From a virus, in UHGV virus genome UHGV-0324942: a stretch of DNA of 10,676 bases. One strand, given 5' to 3'. Below are positions 1 to 7,273 of the stretch, piece after piece. The notes below the pieces were generated by a model that made no database searches, was not told the origin of the DNA, and was given only the letters and a program-made list of their open reading frames with translations. A program made the translations under genes and the position numbers. Every line of letters begins with the position of its first letter. Positions within the stretch are counted from its first letter, which is position 1.

Positions 1-756
1 CGGTTTGCGGCGTTTCACGCTGACTTTTTTCTTTTTCCCGTAATTAAGATCAAGCCAGTAAGCGCGTACCCCCGTATACGCTTCGCGGTCAGCAATGCGG
101 AACTGATGGCGATCGCCACTGCTGCGCGTGATGGCGAACGAGGGCAACGGCTGGCCCTGTGCGTTCACGCCACCGCCTGGCATGATGAATAACAGATTAC
201 CGCTTTTTACCGTAGTGATTGCGCCCAGCATTTCCGCTATGCGCGTAAGGAAGGACATGTCGCTTTCTTCGGTCTGGTCAGCGTGGTCGATTTCAATATC
301 CATCAGCATTTCGCTGATTTGTGGTTTCAGACCGTACCGATGAGCGATGGCGGATACCACGCGCTCAACGGTCACATCATGCCAGGACACCTCACGTTTA
401 ACGTTAAATTCATCCCGAAAATCTGCGCTTCTGGCTGAAACAGTCAGCCTGTCCGGCGGTCCTTCGTGAGCGATTTCATCAACAATGTAAGTGCCTTTTT
501 CTGTCAGCGGTTCTCCTTTCCAGCCAATGAGAACCGTCAGGCGCGCGCCCCGTGGCGGTAGCTGCAACTGACCATCCGCATCATCCAGCGTGATGGTGAG
601 CTGGTCCGCCTCAAATCCCCGGTTGTCGGTCAGTGACAGGCTCATCAGGCACTCTGCCACGCCTGACAGCGTTTTACCCTCCGCGAGAATATCAAAATCC
701 GGCATTTTCACGGGGTCTGTGCCCTGACTGAGCAATTGCATGGTGGTGTCGGTCAT
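1..756 (-). CDS. D: P2 gpD-like tail protein ('late control gene D' family), N-terminal 252 codons; 3' end runs off the window
   Basis: Absent from the ORF track because no stop lies in the window. Manual minus-strand translation from ATG (756-754) is open to position 1: MTDTTMQLLSQGTDPVKMPDFDILAEGKTLSGVAECLMSLSLTDNRGFEADQLTITLDDADGQ...SARSADFRDEF...SWHDV...ITRSSGDRHQFRIADREAYTGVRAYWL.... Strong SD (GGGAGGGAG, rc of 759-768) about 6 nt upstream. Family assignment from remembered gpD-like motifs, not a computed alignment. Confidence 0.7.
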   Translation of the reverse strand, partial: MTDTTMQLLSQGTDPVKMPDFDILAEGKTLSGVAECLMSLSLTDNRGFEADQLTITLDDADGQLQLPPRGARLTVLIGWKGEPLTEKGTYIVDEIAHEGPPDRLTVSARSADFRDEFNVKREVSWHDVTVERVVSAIAHRYGLKPQISEMLMDIEIDHADQTEESDMSFLTRIAEMLGAITTVKSGNLLFIMPGGGVNAQGQPLPSFAITRSSGDRHQFRIADREAYTGVRAYWLDLNYGKKKKVSVKRRKP

Positions 757-913
757 CTGCTCCCTCCCTGTGCGGCATGGTCGCATGTGCGTGCGGAGGG
801 GGTTACTGCTTTTTGTTGTCGCCGTGGCGGGAGAACGGCGCAGGGGTGAGATTACGCGCGTGGTGGGTGATGATTGTTGCCGAATCATTTAACGGATACA
901 AGGGGCTGAAGCT
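757..913. promoter_or_regulatory. Divergent intergenic region between D (minus) and the sheath gene (plus); presumed to hold the late promoter(s)
   Basis: 157-bp GC-rich spacer between two divergent starts. No convincing sigma70 -35/-10 pair and no clean TGT-N12-ACA dyad found by eye, consistent with an activator-dependent late promoter. Position inferred from gene arrangement only. Confidence 0.3.
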
Positions 914-2098
914 ATGAGTGAAACTCGTTTTCATGGTGCCCGTGTCACGGAAAGTACCGACCTGGTAACAGCGATTAATGATGTTGATTCCAGCGTTATC
1001 GGTATCGTGGCAACGGCGGATGATGCGGATGCGGAGCTGTTCCCGCTGAACAAGCCCACACTGCTGACCCGCGTCAATGACGTGCTGGGAAAATGCGGGA
1101 CTACGGGGACGCTTTATCGTGCGCTTAAGGCTATCGCAGACCAGGTGAGCACAAAGGTGATCGTCGTTCGCGTGGCTGAACACAAAGAAGAAAACGGAAA
1201 GACGCAGGATCAACTGGTTATCGGTGGTTCTGAATCTGACGGCAGCTATACGGGGATGTATGCGCTGCTTGTTGCAGAGCAGGATGAAAGCATCGGATAC
1301 CGTCCGCGTATTCTGGCCGCGCCGGAGCTGGACACGGAGGCGGTGACAAAATCCCTGTGCGTGATTGCGGGTAAACTGCGCGCGTTTGTGTATGCCACAT
1401 GTCATGGTTGTAACACGATGGCTGAGGCGATTACCTACCGCCAGAAATTCAACGAACGTGAGGTGATGCTCTTATGGCCTGACTTCATCGCCTACAACCC
1501 GAAAAGTGGCAAAAACGAAACGTTCCCCGCGCCTGCTTATGCGTGCGGCCTTCGTGCGTACATTGACCATGAGCAGGGCTGGCACAAATCGCTGTCCAAC
1601 GTTCCGGTTAAAAATGTGCTGGGGATGTCGAGGCATGTGTTCTGGTCGTTACAGGCCGAAGACAGTGATGCCAACAGCCTCAACAACAAAGAAATCACGA
1701 CCATTATTCGTCGTAACGGGTTCCGCTTCTGGGGCAACCGCACACCGGAAACGAACGCCTACATCTTTGAGGTGTATACCCGAACCGCACAGGTGCTGGC
1801 TGATTCAATTGCGGAAGCGCAGTTTGAAACCATCGACAGTCCACTGACACCTGCGAACGTGAAGGATGTTATCAGCGCCATCAGAGCAAAACTGGATTCG
1901 CTGGTTACTGTCGGGAAACTGATTGGTGCGGAGTGCTGGTATGACGTGGTGGATAACAGCACCACGGGTTTACGTCAGGGGCGTGTGCGTATTCGCTACA
2001 AATATACGCCCGTTCCTCCGCTGGAAGACATGGAGCTTTACCAGTCGTTTACTGATGAATTCTTTGGTCCCGCATTTGCGGTGCTGGGAGGTGCCTGA
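914..2098 (+). CDS. FI: Contractile tail sheath protein (P2 gpFI-like)
   Basis: 394-aa ORF; SD AGGGG 8 nt upstream of ATG; length and sequence (e.g. ...ADDADAELFPLNKP...) match the P2 FI sheath family; stop TGA overlaps the next ATG (TGATG). Confidence 0.9.
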   Translation: MSETRFHGARVTESTDLVTAINDVDSSVIGIVATADDADAELFPLNKPTLLTRVNDVLGKCGTTGTLYRALKAIADQVSTKVIVVRVAEHKEENGKTQDQLVIGGSESDGSYTGMYALLVAEQDESIGYRPRILAAPELDTEAVTKSLCVIAGKLRAFVYATCHGCNTMAEAITYRQKFNEREVMLLWPDFIAYNPKSGKNETFPAPAYACGLRAYIDHEQGWHKSLSNVPVKNVLGMSRHVFWSLQAEDSDANSLNNKEITTIIRRNGFRFWGNRTPETNAYIFEVYTRTAQVLADSIAEAQFETIDSPLTPANVKDVISAIRAKLDSLVTVGKLIGAECWYDVVDNSTTGLRQGRVRIRYKYTPVPPLEDMELYQSFTDEFFGPAFAVLGGA

Positions 2099-2610
2099 TG
2101 GCTGTACCAAAACATCTTCGCTTTTTTACGTTGTTTGTGGATGGTGAAAACGAAGTGGGTAAAGTGACATCCGTCACGCCACCCAAACTGACGCGCAAAA
2201 CCGACAGCTATCGTGGTGGTGGCATGATGGGGGCGGTAAGTATTGATCTCGGTCTGGACGACTCCGCGCTTGATGCGAGTTTTGTCATGGGGGGAGCTGT
2301 TCGTGCGCTGTTCCTTAAATATGGCGGCACGATTGACGGCACGCTGCTGCGTTTTGCGGGTGAATACTACACCGATGCAGAAAGCGATCTGTATGAAATC
2401 GAGATGCGCGGGCGTGTGACGGAAATTGATATGGGGGAGGCCAAACAGGGCGAAGCCACATCACACACTTACGCTGTCAAAAACACCTACTACAAGCTGA
2501 GCGTTAACGATCGCCCGCTGTGGGAAATCGACCTGTTGAACCACATCTACCGGAAGGACGGCAAGGACATTGTGCCTGACCGCATTCGTTCCGCGCTTGG
2601 GCTTGGCTGA
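2098..2610 (+). CDS. FII: Tail tube protein (P2 gpFII-like)
   Basis: 170-aa ORF directly after the sheath gene with overlapping stop/start; SD GGAGGTG upstream; size and position typical of FII; double stop TGA-TAA at 2608-2613. Confidence 0.88.
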   Translation: MAVPKHLRFFTLFVDGENEVGKVTSVTPPKLTRKTDSYRGGGMMGAVSIDLGLDDSALDASFVMGGAVRALFLKYGGTIDGTLLRFAGEYYTDAESDLYEIEMRGRVTEIDMGEAKQGEATSHTYAVKNTYYKLSVNDRPLWEIDLLNHIYRKDGKDIVPDRIRSALGLG

Positions 2611-2622
2611 TAAGTAATATGC

Positions 2623-2643
2623 AGGCGGCGCAGTGCGTCGCCT
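2623..2643 (+). other. GC-rich stem-loop between tube and chaperone genes (AGGCGGCGC-agt-GCGTCGCCT), no U-tract
   Basis: 9-bp stem (8 Watson-Crick pairs plus one G-U) with a 3-nt loop, 13 nt after the FII stop and 9 nt before the SD of E. Not a canonical intrinsic terminator. Confidence 0.3.
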
Positions 2644-2665
2644 CTGACTGAAAAGGAGACAACTG

Positions 2666-3040
2666 ATGAAAGATATCGATACTGAAACCCGGAATAACAC
2701 CGTAGCGGATGATGTGACGTCAGGTGAGGATATGGCTGTCGAACGTGGTGTAAAACTTTCCCGGCCAATTGAGCGTGGTGGCGAAAAAATCACGTATGTG
2801 GAGATCACCGGGGCTATTGAACAGGCTGGATCCCTGCGTGGTCTGTCTCTGTCTGATGTGCTGAATCTGAAAGCGGATACCATGTTCACGCTGTTGCCTC
2901 GCGTGACCTCGCCACGACTGGATGAAGTGATGATTAAAAAAATGTCGTCACGCGATTTTATTCAGTTGTGCGCTGTGGCTGTAAATTTTATGAGCGAGCC
3001 AGACTCTGGCGCGAAGAGCGTGCAGGAGACGGCAGCGTAA
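2666..3040 (+). CDS. E: Tail assembly chaperone (P2 gpE-like)
   Basis: 124-aa ORF with SD AAGGAG (2653-2658) 7 nt upstream of ATG; lies between the tube and tape-measure genes, the conserved chaperone position. Confidence 0.75.
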   Translation: MKDIDTETRNNTVADDVTSGEDMAVERGVKLSRPIERGGEKITYVEITGAIEQAGSLRGLSLSDVLNLKADTMFTLLPRVTSPRLDEVMIKKMSSRDFIQLCAVAVNFMSEPDSGAKSVQETAA

Positions 3041-3204
3041 TCACCCTGGTGTGCTTTGAGCACATCGAAGATCTGGTGGCGGATATTGCCGCCATTTTTA
3101 ACTGGTCGCCCGCCGAAATCTTCATGATGACGCCCGGCGAAGTGGTTAGCTGGCGCGAGCGGGCGGCACTTCGCAGCGGGAATGCAGACAATGAAGACTC
3201 TTGA
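2666..3204 (+). CDS. E+E': Predicted E+E' fusion chaperone made by programmed -1 ribosomal frameshift (slip site near 2983-2989 or 2936-2942)
   Basis: The -1 frame is open from 2938 to a TGA at 3202-3204 and overlaps the tape-measure start. A canonical X_XXY_YYZ heptamer A_AAT_TTT sits in the E frame at 2983-2989; an A7 run at 2936-2942 is an alternative. The arrangement matches the conserved chaperone frameshift of long-tailed phages. Confidence 0.5.
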
Positions 3205-5998
3205 TATCCGGGTCGCTTTCAGCGCCGTTGACAGGCTGACCCGGCCTGCCGAAAACGCCCGCCGCCTGATGGGGCAGTTTGGTGACTCCATCCAGCGAAC
3301 GCAGGGGGCGATCAAAAATCTCGAGCGTCAGGCGCGTTCATTTGAGCGCGCCCGTGACGCTGTCAGTAAAGCGGATGCGGGCATCGTGAAAGCACGACGC
3401 CAGCTTAACGCCCTTAATCAGTTACAACGCACGGGTACAGTGCTCAGCGAAAAACAACAAAAGCTGATGCAGCAGTTAAGCACCCGGCTTGAACGCCTGA
3501 ATGAATCGCGCACACGGGAAATTCAGAAAATGCGGGAACTTGGCGGAGAGCTGAAACGCCACGGCATTTCCCTGACAGGCAGCGATAACACCATCCAGCA
3601 GGCCATCAGACGCACCGAACAGTACAACAACCAGCTTGAACGCGAACGGCAGGCGCTTGCGCGTGTAACGCGGGCGCGTGAGCGGTATTCGCGCGCGCAG
3701 GAAACCGCGGGAAAACTGAAAACAGGTGGTGCGCTGACAATTGGTGCGGCAGCGGCTGGCGGCTATGCTGCCGGGCGTTTTTTGCAGCCTGCGATCGGGT
3801 TCGGGAAAGAGATGTCCCGCGTTCAGGCACTGACGCGAATCGACAAAAACAGCCCGCAGTTTAAGGCGCTGCGTGAGCAGGCGTTAAAACTTGGCTCTGA
3901 AACACAGTTTACTGCGAGTGATGCCGCCAGTGGACAGAGCTTTCTGGCAATGGCTGGTTTTACTCCGCAGGCCATTCAGGCCGCATTGCCCGGTGTTCTT
4001 AATATGGCGCTGGCAGGTGGCGTCGAACTCGGCGAGACGGCGGATATAGGCTCCAATATCCTCACACAGTTCAACCTGACAGCCGATCAAATGGACCGGG
4101 TTGGCGATACGCTGACAGCGGCATTCACCCGGACCAATACTGATTTACGCGCGCTGGGCGAAACCATGAAGTATACCGGTCCGGTTGCCGCAAAACTTGG
4201 TATCAGTCTTGAAGAAGCGGCAGCCATGGCCGGGATGCTTGCCAATAATGGTCTTCGTGGAAGCGATGCTGGTACGGCCATGCGCGCAAGTCTGTCCCGC
4301 CTTGCATCACCGCCAAAAGCTGCGGCTGATGCACTGAAAGAGCTGGGGGTGTCAGTTGCTGACGCCAGAGGCAAAATGCGCCCGATGGAGGATGTGCTGC
4401 TTGATCTCTATAAGGCGACACAAAAATACGGACAGGTGGACCAGATCTCCTTCTTCAAGGACATCGCCGGAGAAGAGGCGTTCGTTGGTTTGCAGACGCT
4501 TGTTGCGGCGGCTGGTTCAGGAGAGCTGCAAAAACTGACCAGAGAATTGCAGGGGGCAAGGGGAGAGGCCGATCGCGTTGCAAAAGTAATGGCCGATAAT
4601 CTTGATGGGGACCTGAAAAATCTCGACAGCGCATGGGAAGGTCTTCGTATTCGCATCAGTGATCTGGTTGACGGTCCGCTGCGTTCTGTCACGCAGTGGC
4701 TCACGCGGGTGCTTGAAAAAATCACCTCGCTGGCGCAGGCCCATCCGGTACTGACGCGCCAGCTACTGATAGCAGGCGGTGCGTTGCTGGCAATGACTGC
4801 AACGGTTGGCTCGTTGTCGCTGGCTATTGGTGTGCTTGCTGGCCCGCTGGCAAAACTGCGTCTTGGCTTTTCCCTCCTGACCGGTTCAATGAATGCTGTC
4901 AGACTCCTGCCAGCACTATGGGGAATGGTGACGGGTTCCGTTTCGTTACTGGGGGGCGCTATCGGGGCGTTGTTCAGTCCGGTCGGCCTTATCGTGGCTG
5001 CGCTTGCCGGAGCTGCCGTTCTCATCTGGAAATACTGGGATCCCATCAGGGCATTTTTTGCCGGGGTGTTCAGCGGGATTATGGAAAGGCTGACCCCGTT
5101 GCGCGAAACCTTTGAACGGTTTGGTCCTGTTTTTGACGCAATCGGAAGCGGGATCAGCCAGGTGTTTAACTGGTTTAAATCGCTGTTGTCACCGATGGAG
5201 TCCAGCAAGGAAACGCTGGATAAATGTACCAGTGCTGGCGAGATATTCGGTAACGTTCTTGGCGGTGCGTTACAACTTGTTCTGACGCCTGCAAAAATGT
5301 TGCTGGATACGCTGGCGTGGATACTTGAAAAACTTGGCGTCCTTCCGGATGAAGCGGAAAGGGCGCGCAAGAAAATCGAAGACGCACAGCGTGCGGCCAT
5401 TCTTCAGGACAAGGTTGCCTTACTTCAGGGGGACCTGGCGAAAATCAATCCGCCGAAGCCTGTGGAAAATGGCAATGGCACCGGAGGTGATAAACCCAAA
5501 GACAACAAACCGCTCACAGACAGCAATACCGGGACGCTGCGCAGACTCAGCAAAATTGCTGATAACACAGGTAAGCTGGTTGATGAGACGAAAAAACGCA
5601 TTGGCCCCGGCGATATTGTCTTTAAGAACCTGCCCCGCGCACTTGCTGTTCGTGGGGAGTGGCAGGAGCGGAAGATTGCGCAGGTCAGTAAGCCTGCCCC
5701 CGCAATTAATATCACACCCGTGGTCCCGGCTCCGCTGCCTCCGGCGCTGATCCCTGTTGTTGCGGCCAGCTCCCGCCCGGTGGCGGAGGCCATACAATCT
5801 CCAGTGGCATCAGTTCCTGTAACTTCCCGTAACCGGGAGCCTGTTGCCTCCGGATTTGGTGGTGAAATTCATGTTCATCTGCATAACGTTGTTACGCAGA
5901 ATCCCCGCGAACTGGCGAAACTGGTCGGTGAAATGGTCAGGGCAGAAATGGAACGGCGCGCCCGTGCCGGGCGTGGCAGTTTTTACGATAAAGATTGA
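3182..5998 (+). CDS. T: Tail tape measure protein (P2 gpT-like)
   Basis: 938-aa ORF; coiled-coil-like charged N-terminus, conserved tape-measure core (...ALGETMKYTGPVAAKLGISLEEAAAMAGMLANNGLRGSDAGTAMRASLSRL...), long hydrophobic Gly/Ala/Leu-rich central segment and Pro/Val-rich C-terminus. The true start may be the ATG at 3191. Confidence 0.9.
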   Translation: MQTMKTLDIRVAFSAVDRLTRPAENARRLMGQFGDSIQRTQGAIKNLERQARSFERARDAVSKADAGIVKARRQLNALNQLQRTGTVLSEKQQKLMQQLSTRLERLNESRTREIQKMRELGGELKRHGISLTGSDNTIQQAIRRTEQYNNQLERERQALARVTRARERYSRAQETAGKLKTGGALTIGAAAAGGYAAGRFLQPAIGFGKEMSRVQALTRIDKNSPQFKALREQALKLGSETQFTASDAASGQSFLAMAGFTPQAIQAALPGVLNMALAGGVELGETADIGSNILTQFNLTADQMDRVGDTLTAAFTRTNTDLRALGETMKYTGPVAAKLGISLEEAAAMAGMLANNGLRGSDAGTAMRASLSRLASPPKAAADALKELGVSVADARGKMRPMEDVLLDLYKATQKYGQVDQISFFKDIAGEEAFVGLQTLVAAAGSGELQKLTRELQGARGEADRVAKVMADNLDGDLKNLDSAWEGLRIRISDLVDGPLRSVTQWLTRVLEKITSLAQAHPVLTRQLLIAGGALLAMTATVGSLSLAIGVLAGPLAKLRLGFSLLTGSMNAVRLLPALWGMVTGSVSLLGGAIGALFSPVGLIVAALAGAAVLIWKYWDPIRAFFAGVFSGIMERLTPLRETFERFGPVFDAIGSGISQVFNWFKSLLSPMESSKETLDKCTSAGEIFGNVLGGALQLVLTPAKMLLDTLAWILEKLGVLPDEAERARKKIEDAQRAAILQDKVALLQGDLAKINPPKPVENGNGTGGDKPKDNKPLTDSNTGTLRRLSKIADNTGKLVDETKKRIGPGDIVFKNLPRALAVRGEWQERKIAQVSKPAPAINITPVVPAPLPPALIPVVAASSRPVAEAIQSPVASVPVTSRNREPVASGFGGEIHVHLHNVVTQNPRELAKLVGEMVRAEMERRARAGRGSFYDKD

Positions 5999-6010
5999 GG
6001 AGTCATGGCC

Positions 6011-6499
6011 ATGATGATGATCTACGGCATGTTTGTTTTTGAGCTGCGCACGTTGCCGCATCAGCAGTTACAGCAAAATAAAAGCTGGCGGCATGTGAAA
6101 AATGAACGCGTTAACCGTTCAGCAAGCTGGCAGTATATCGGGGCAGGCGATGATCGCATCGTTCTTTCTGGTGTGCTTTATCCTGAAATTACAGGTGGCG
6201 AAGTGTCGCTTTCGTTGCTGACCACGCAGGCATATACAGGACGCCCCTGGCCTCTGATTGATGGTGTCGGGCAGATTTACGGCATGTATGTACTGACTGA
6301 AACGAATACGACCCGCTCCGAGTTTGATCGCTACGGTAAGGCGAAAAAGATAGAATTTTCACTGACTCTTGAACGCTGTGATGAGGATTTGCGGGAGCGC
6401 CTGCAATCCTCATCGTTCAGCGATATGTTGTCCGGCTTCAAAGATAAGGTGACATCATCCCTTAATAGCGCGGCCAGCTCAGTTAAGGGGCTGCTCTGA
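6011..6499 (+). CDS. U: P2 gpU-like tail protein
   Basis: ORF track gives 6005-6499 (MAMMMIYGMFVFELRTLP...). SD GAGGAG (5997-6002) overlaps the T stop and is 8 nt from the ATG at 6011, giving an MMM N-terminus as in gpU; position immediately after the tape-measure gene. Confidence 0.8.
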   Translation: MMMIYGMFVFELRTLPHQQLQQNKSWRHVKNERVNRSASWQYIGAGDDRIVLSGVLYPEITGGEVSLSLLTTQAYTGRPWPLIDGVGQIYGMYVLTETNTTRSEFDRYGKAKKIEFSLTLERCDEDLRERLQSSSFSDMLSGFKDKVTSSLNSAASSVKGLL

Positions 6500-6575
6500 T
6501 TTAACGTATGTCGCCAATTTCCTGATGAAGGTGACTGGCGACTTGCTGTTGTATGTCCTTCTCAGAAAATTGTTT

Positions 6576-6604
6576 TTGAATAACAAACAACAGGATTTTA
6601 TAAT
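6576..6604 (+). promoter_or_regulatory. Candidate sigma70 promoter for the acetyltransferase gene: -35 TTGAAT (6576-6581), 17-bp spacer, -10 TATAAT (6599-6604)
   Basis: Hexamers and spacing read directly; perfect -10, 4/6 match at -35; about 50 nt upstream of the SD and GTG start. An imperfect palindrome TTGTTT-N9-AAACAA (6570-6590) overlaps the -35. Confidence 0.45.
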
Positions 6605-6655
6605 CTCTTAACCTTATAACATGTGTGGTCTGAAATAATAATTAAGGAGATTATC

Positions 6656-7228
6656 GTGCTGTCTTACCTAATGGCAATTCACTTTGTTTTATTTGGGAAC
6701 TCTACTAATTTAAAAAACTTCTGGAAACATGAAGTAATTCGGCGGAAACGTATGGATATCTGGAGGCTTTTAAGAGAGAAAAAGCAGCGTAACAGGAATT
6801 TCCTTTTCTGGTGGCGGTTGGCTAACGAAATGTATATTAATGGTAATAAATTACATAAGAAAGCAGCCAAGAAGTTAAACAGTAAAATAATTAACAAATT
6901 TGGTTGCGAAATTGGATTGGGCGCAAATATTGGAAAAGGGTTAACAATTCCCCATCATGCTGGAATTGTTGTTCATTTTGCTGTTGATGCTGGTGAAAAT
7001 CTGGTGTTACGACAGAATACGACCATTGGACAGATAGATGGTGACATACCTGGTTCAAGAGTAAAAATTGGTAGCAACGTTGATATCGGAGCTAATTGTT
7101 GCATCATTGGATTATCCCGTAAAATTGGGGATAATGTAAAAATAGGTGCAATGTCTTTTATAAATAAAGATATACCATCGAACTGCACATATATAACTAA
7201 AAAGAGCGGTGCTGTATTGTATAAATAG
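6656..7228 (+). CDS. Hexapeptide-repeat (left-handed beta-helix) acetyltransferase, serine-acetyltransferase/WcaB-like; AT-rich cargo gene
   Basis: ORF track 6623-7228; preferred start is GTG 6656, 6 nt after a perfect SD AAGGAG (6644-6649); ATG 6671 and 6752 are alternatives. Repeated [LIV]-G-x-x-x-x hexapeptide units (...IGLGANIGKGLTIPHHAGIVVHFAVDAGENLVL...VKIGSNVDIGANCCIIGL...IGDNVKIGAMSFI...). Composition is markedly more AT-rich than the flanking phage genes. Confidence 0.8.
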   Translation: MLSYLMAIHFVLFGNSTNLKNFWKHEVIRRKRMDIWRLLREKKQRNRNFLFWWRLANEMYINGNKLHKKAAKKLNSKIINKFGCEIGLGANIGKGLTIPHHAGIVVHFAVDAGENLVLRQNTTIGQIDGDIPGSRVKIGSNVDIGANCCIIGLSRKIGDNVKIGAMSFINKDIPSNCTYITKKSGAVLYK

Positions 7229-7235
7229 AGTACAT

Positions 7236-7273
7236 AAAGCCATCGATATTTCTATCGATGGCTTTTTCTTTTT
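7236..7273. terminator. Intrinsic terminator hairpin at the convergent junction (stem GCCATCGATA / TATCGATGGC, loop TTTC, then T5-C-T5)
   Basis: Perfect 10-bp stem (7239-7248 / 7253-7262), extendable by A:T pairs, followed by a T-tract on the plus strand; the minus-strand side has a weaker UUUAUG tail. Sits between the acetyltransferase stop (7228) and the G stop (7272-7274). Confidence 0.7.

Noticed and set aside
128-343. 71-aa plus-strand ORF
   Set aside because: Antisense within the gpD-like coding region, which is open for 252 codons on the minus strand.
887-894. Shared 8-mer ATTTAACG at 887-894 and 6499-6506 as possible recombination junction repeats
   Set aside because: Direct rather than inverted, and an 8-bp match is expected by chance between two 150-bp regions.
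803-1405. 200-aa minus-strand ORF (with nested 60-aa ORF 1218-1400)
   Set aside because: Lies antisense inside the well-supported sheath gene; shadow ORF typical of GC-rich coding DNA with no SD or family resemblance.
4408-5400. 330-aa minus-strand ORF
   Set aside because: Entirely antisense to the tape measure gene; low-complexity Ser/Ala/Pro-rich translation typical of a shadow ORF.
6510-6542. 7-bp stem / 19-nt loop inverted repeat just after the U stop, as a possible terminator
   Set aside because: Short stem, large loop and no following U-tract; too weak to call.
6525-6611. 28-codon small ORF (MKVTGDLLLYVLLRKLFLNNKQQDFIIS) in the leader of the cargo gene
   Set aside because: No Shine-Dalgarno sequence and it overlaps the predicted promoter; cannot be supported from sequence alone.
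6656-6800. Possible phase-variable simple-sequence repeat at the 5' end of the acetyltransferase gene (as in neuO)
   Set aside because: Only short A5-A6 tracts, no heptanucleotide or long homopolymer repeat.
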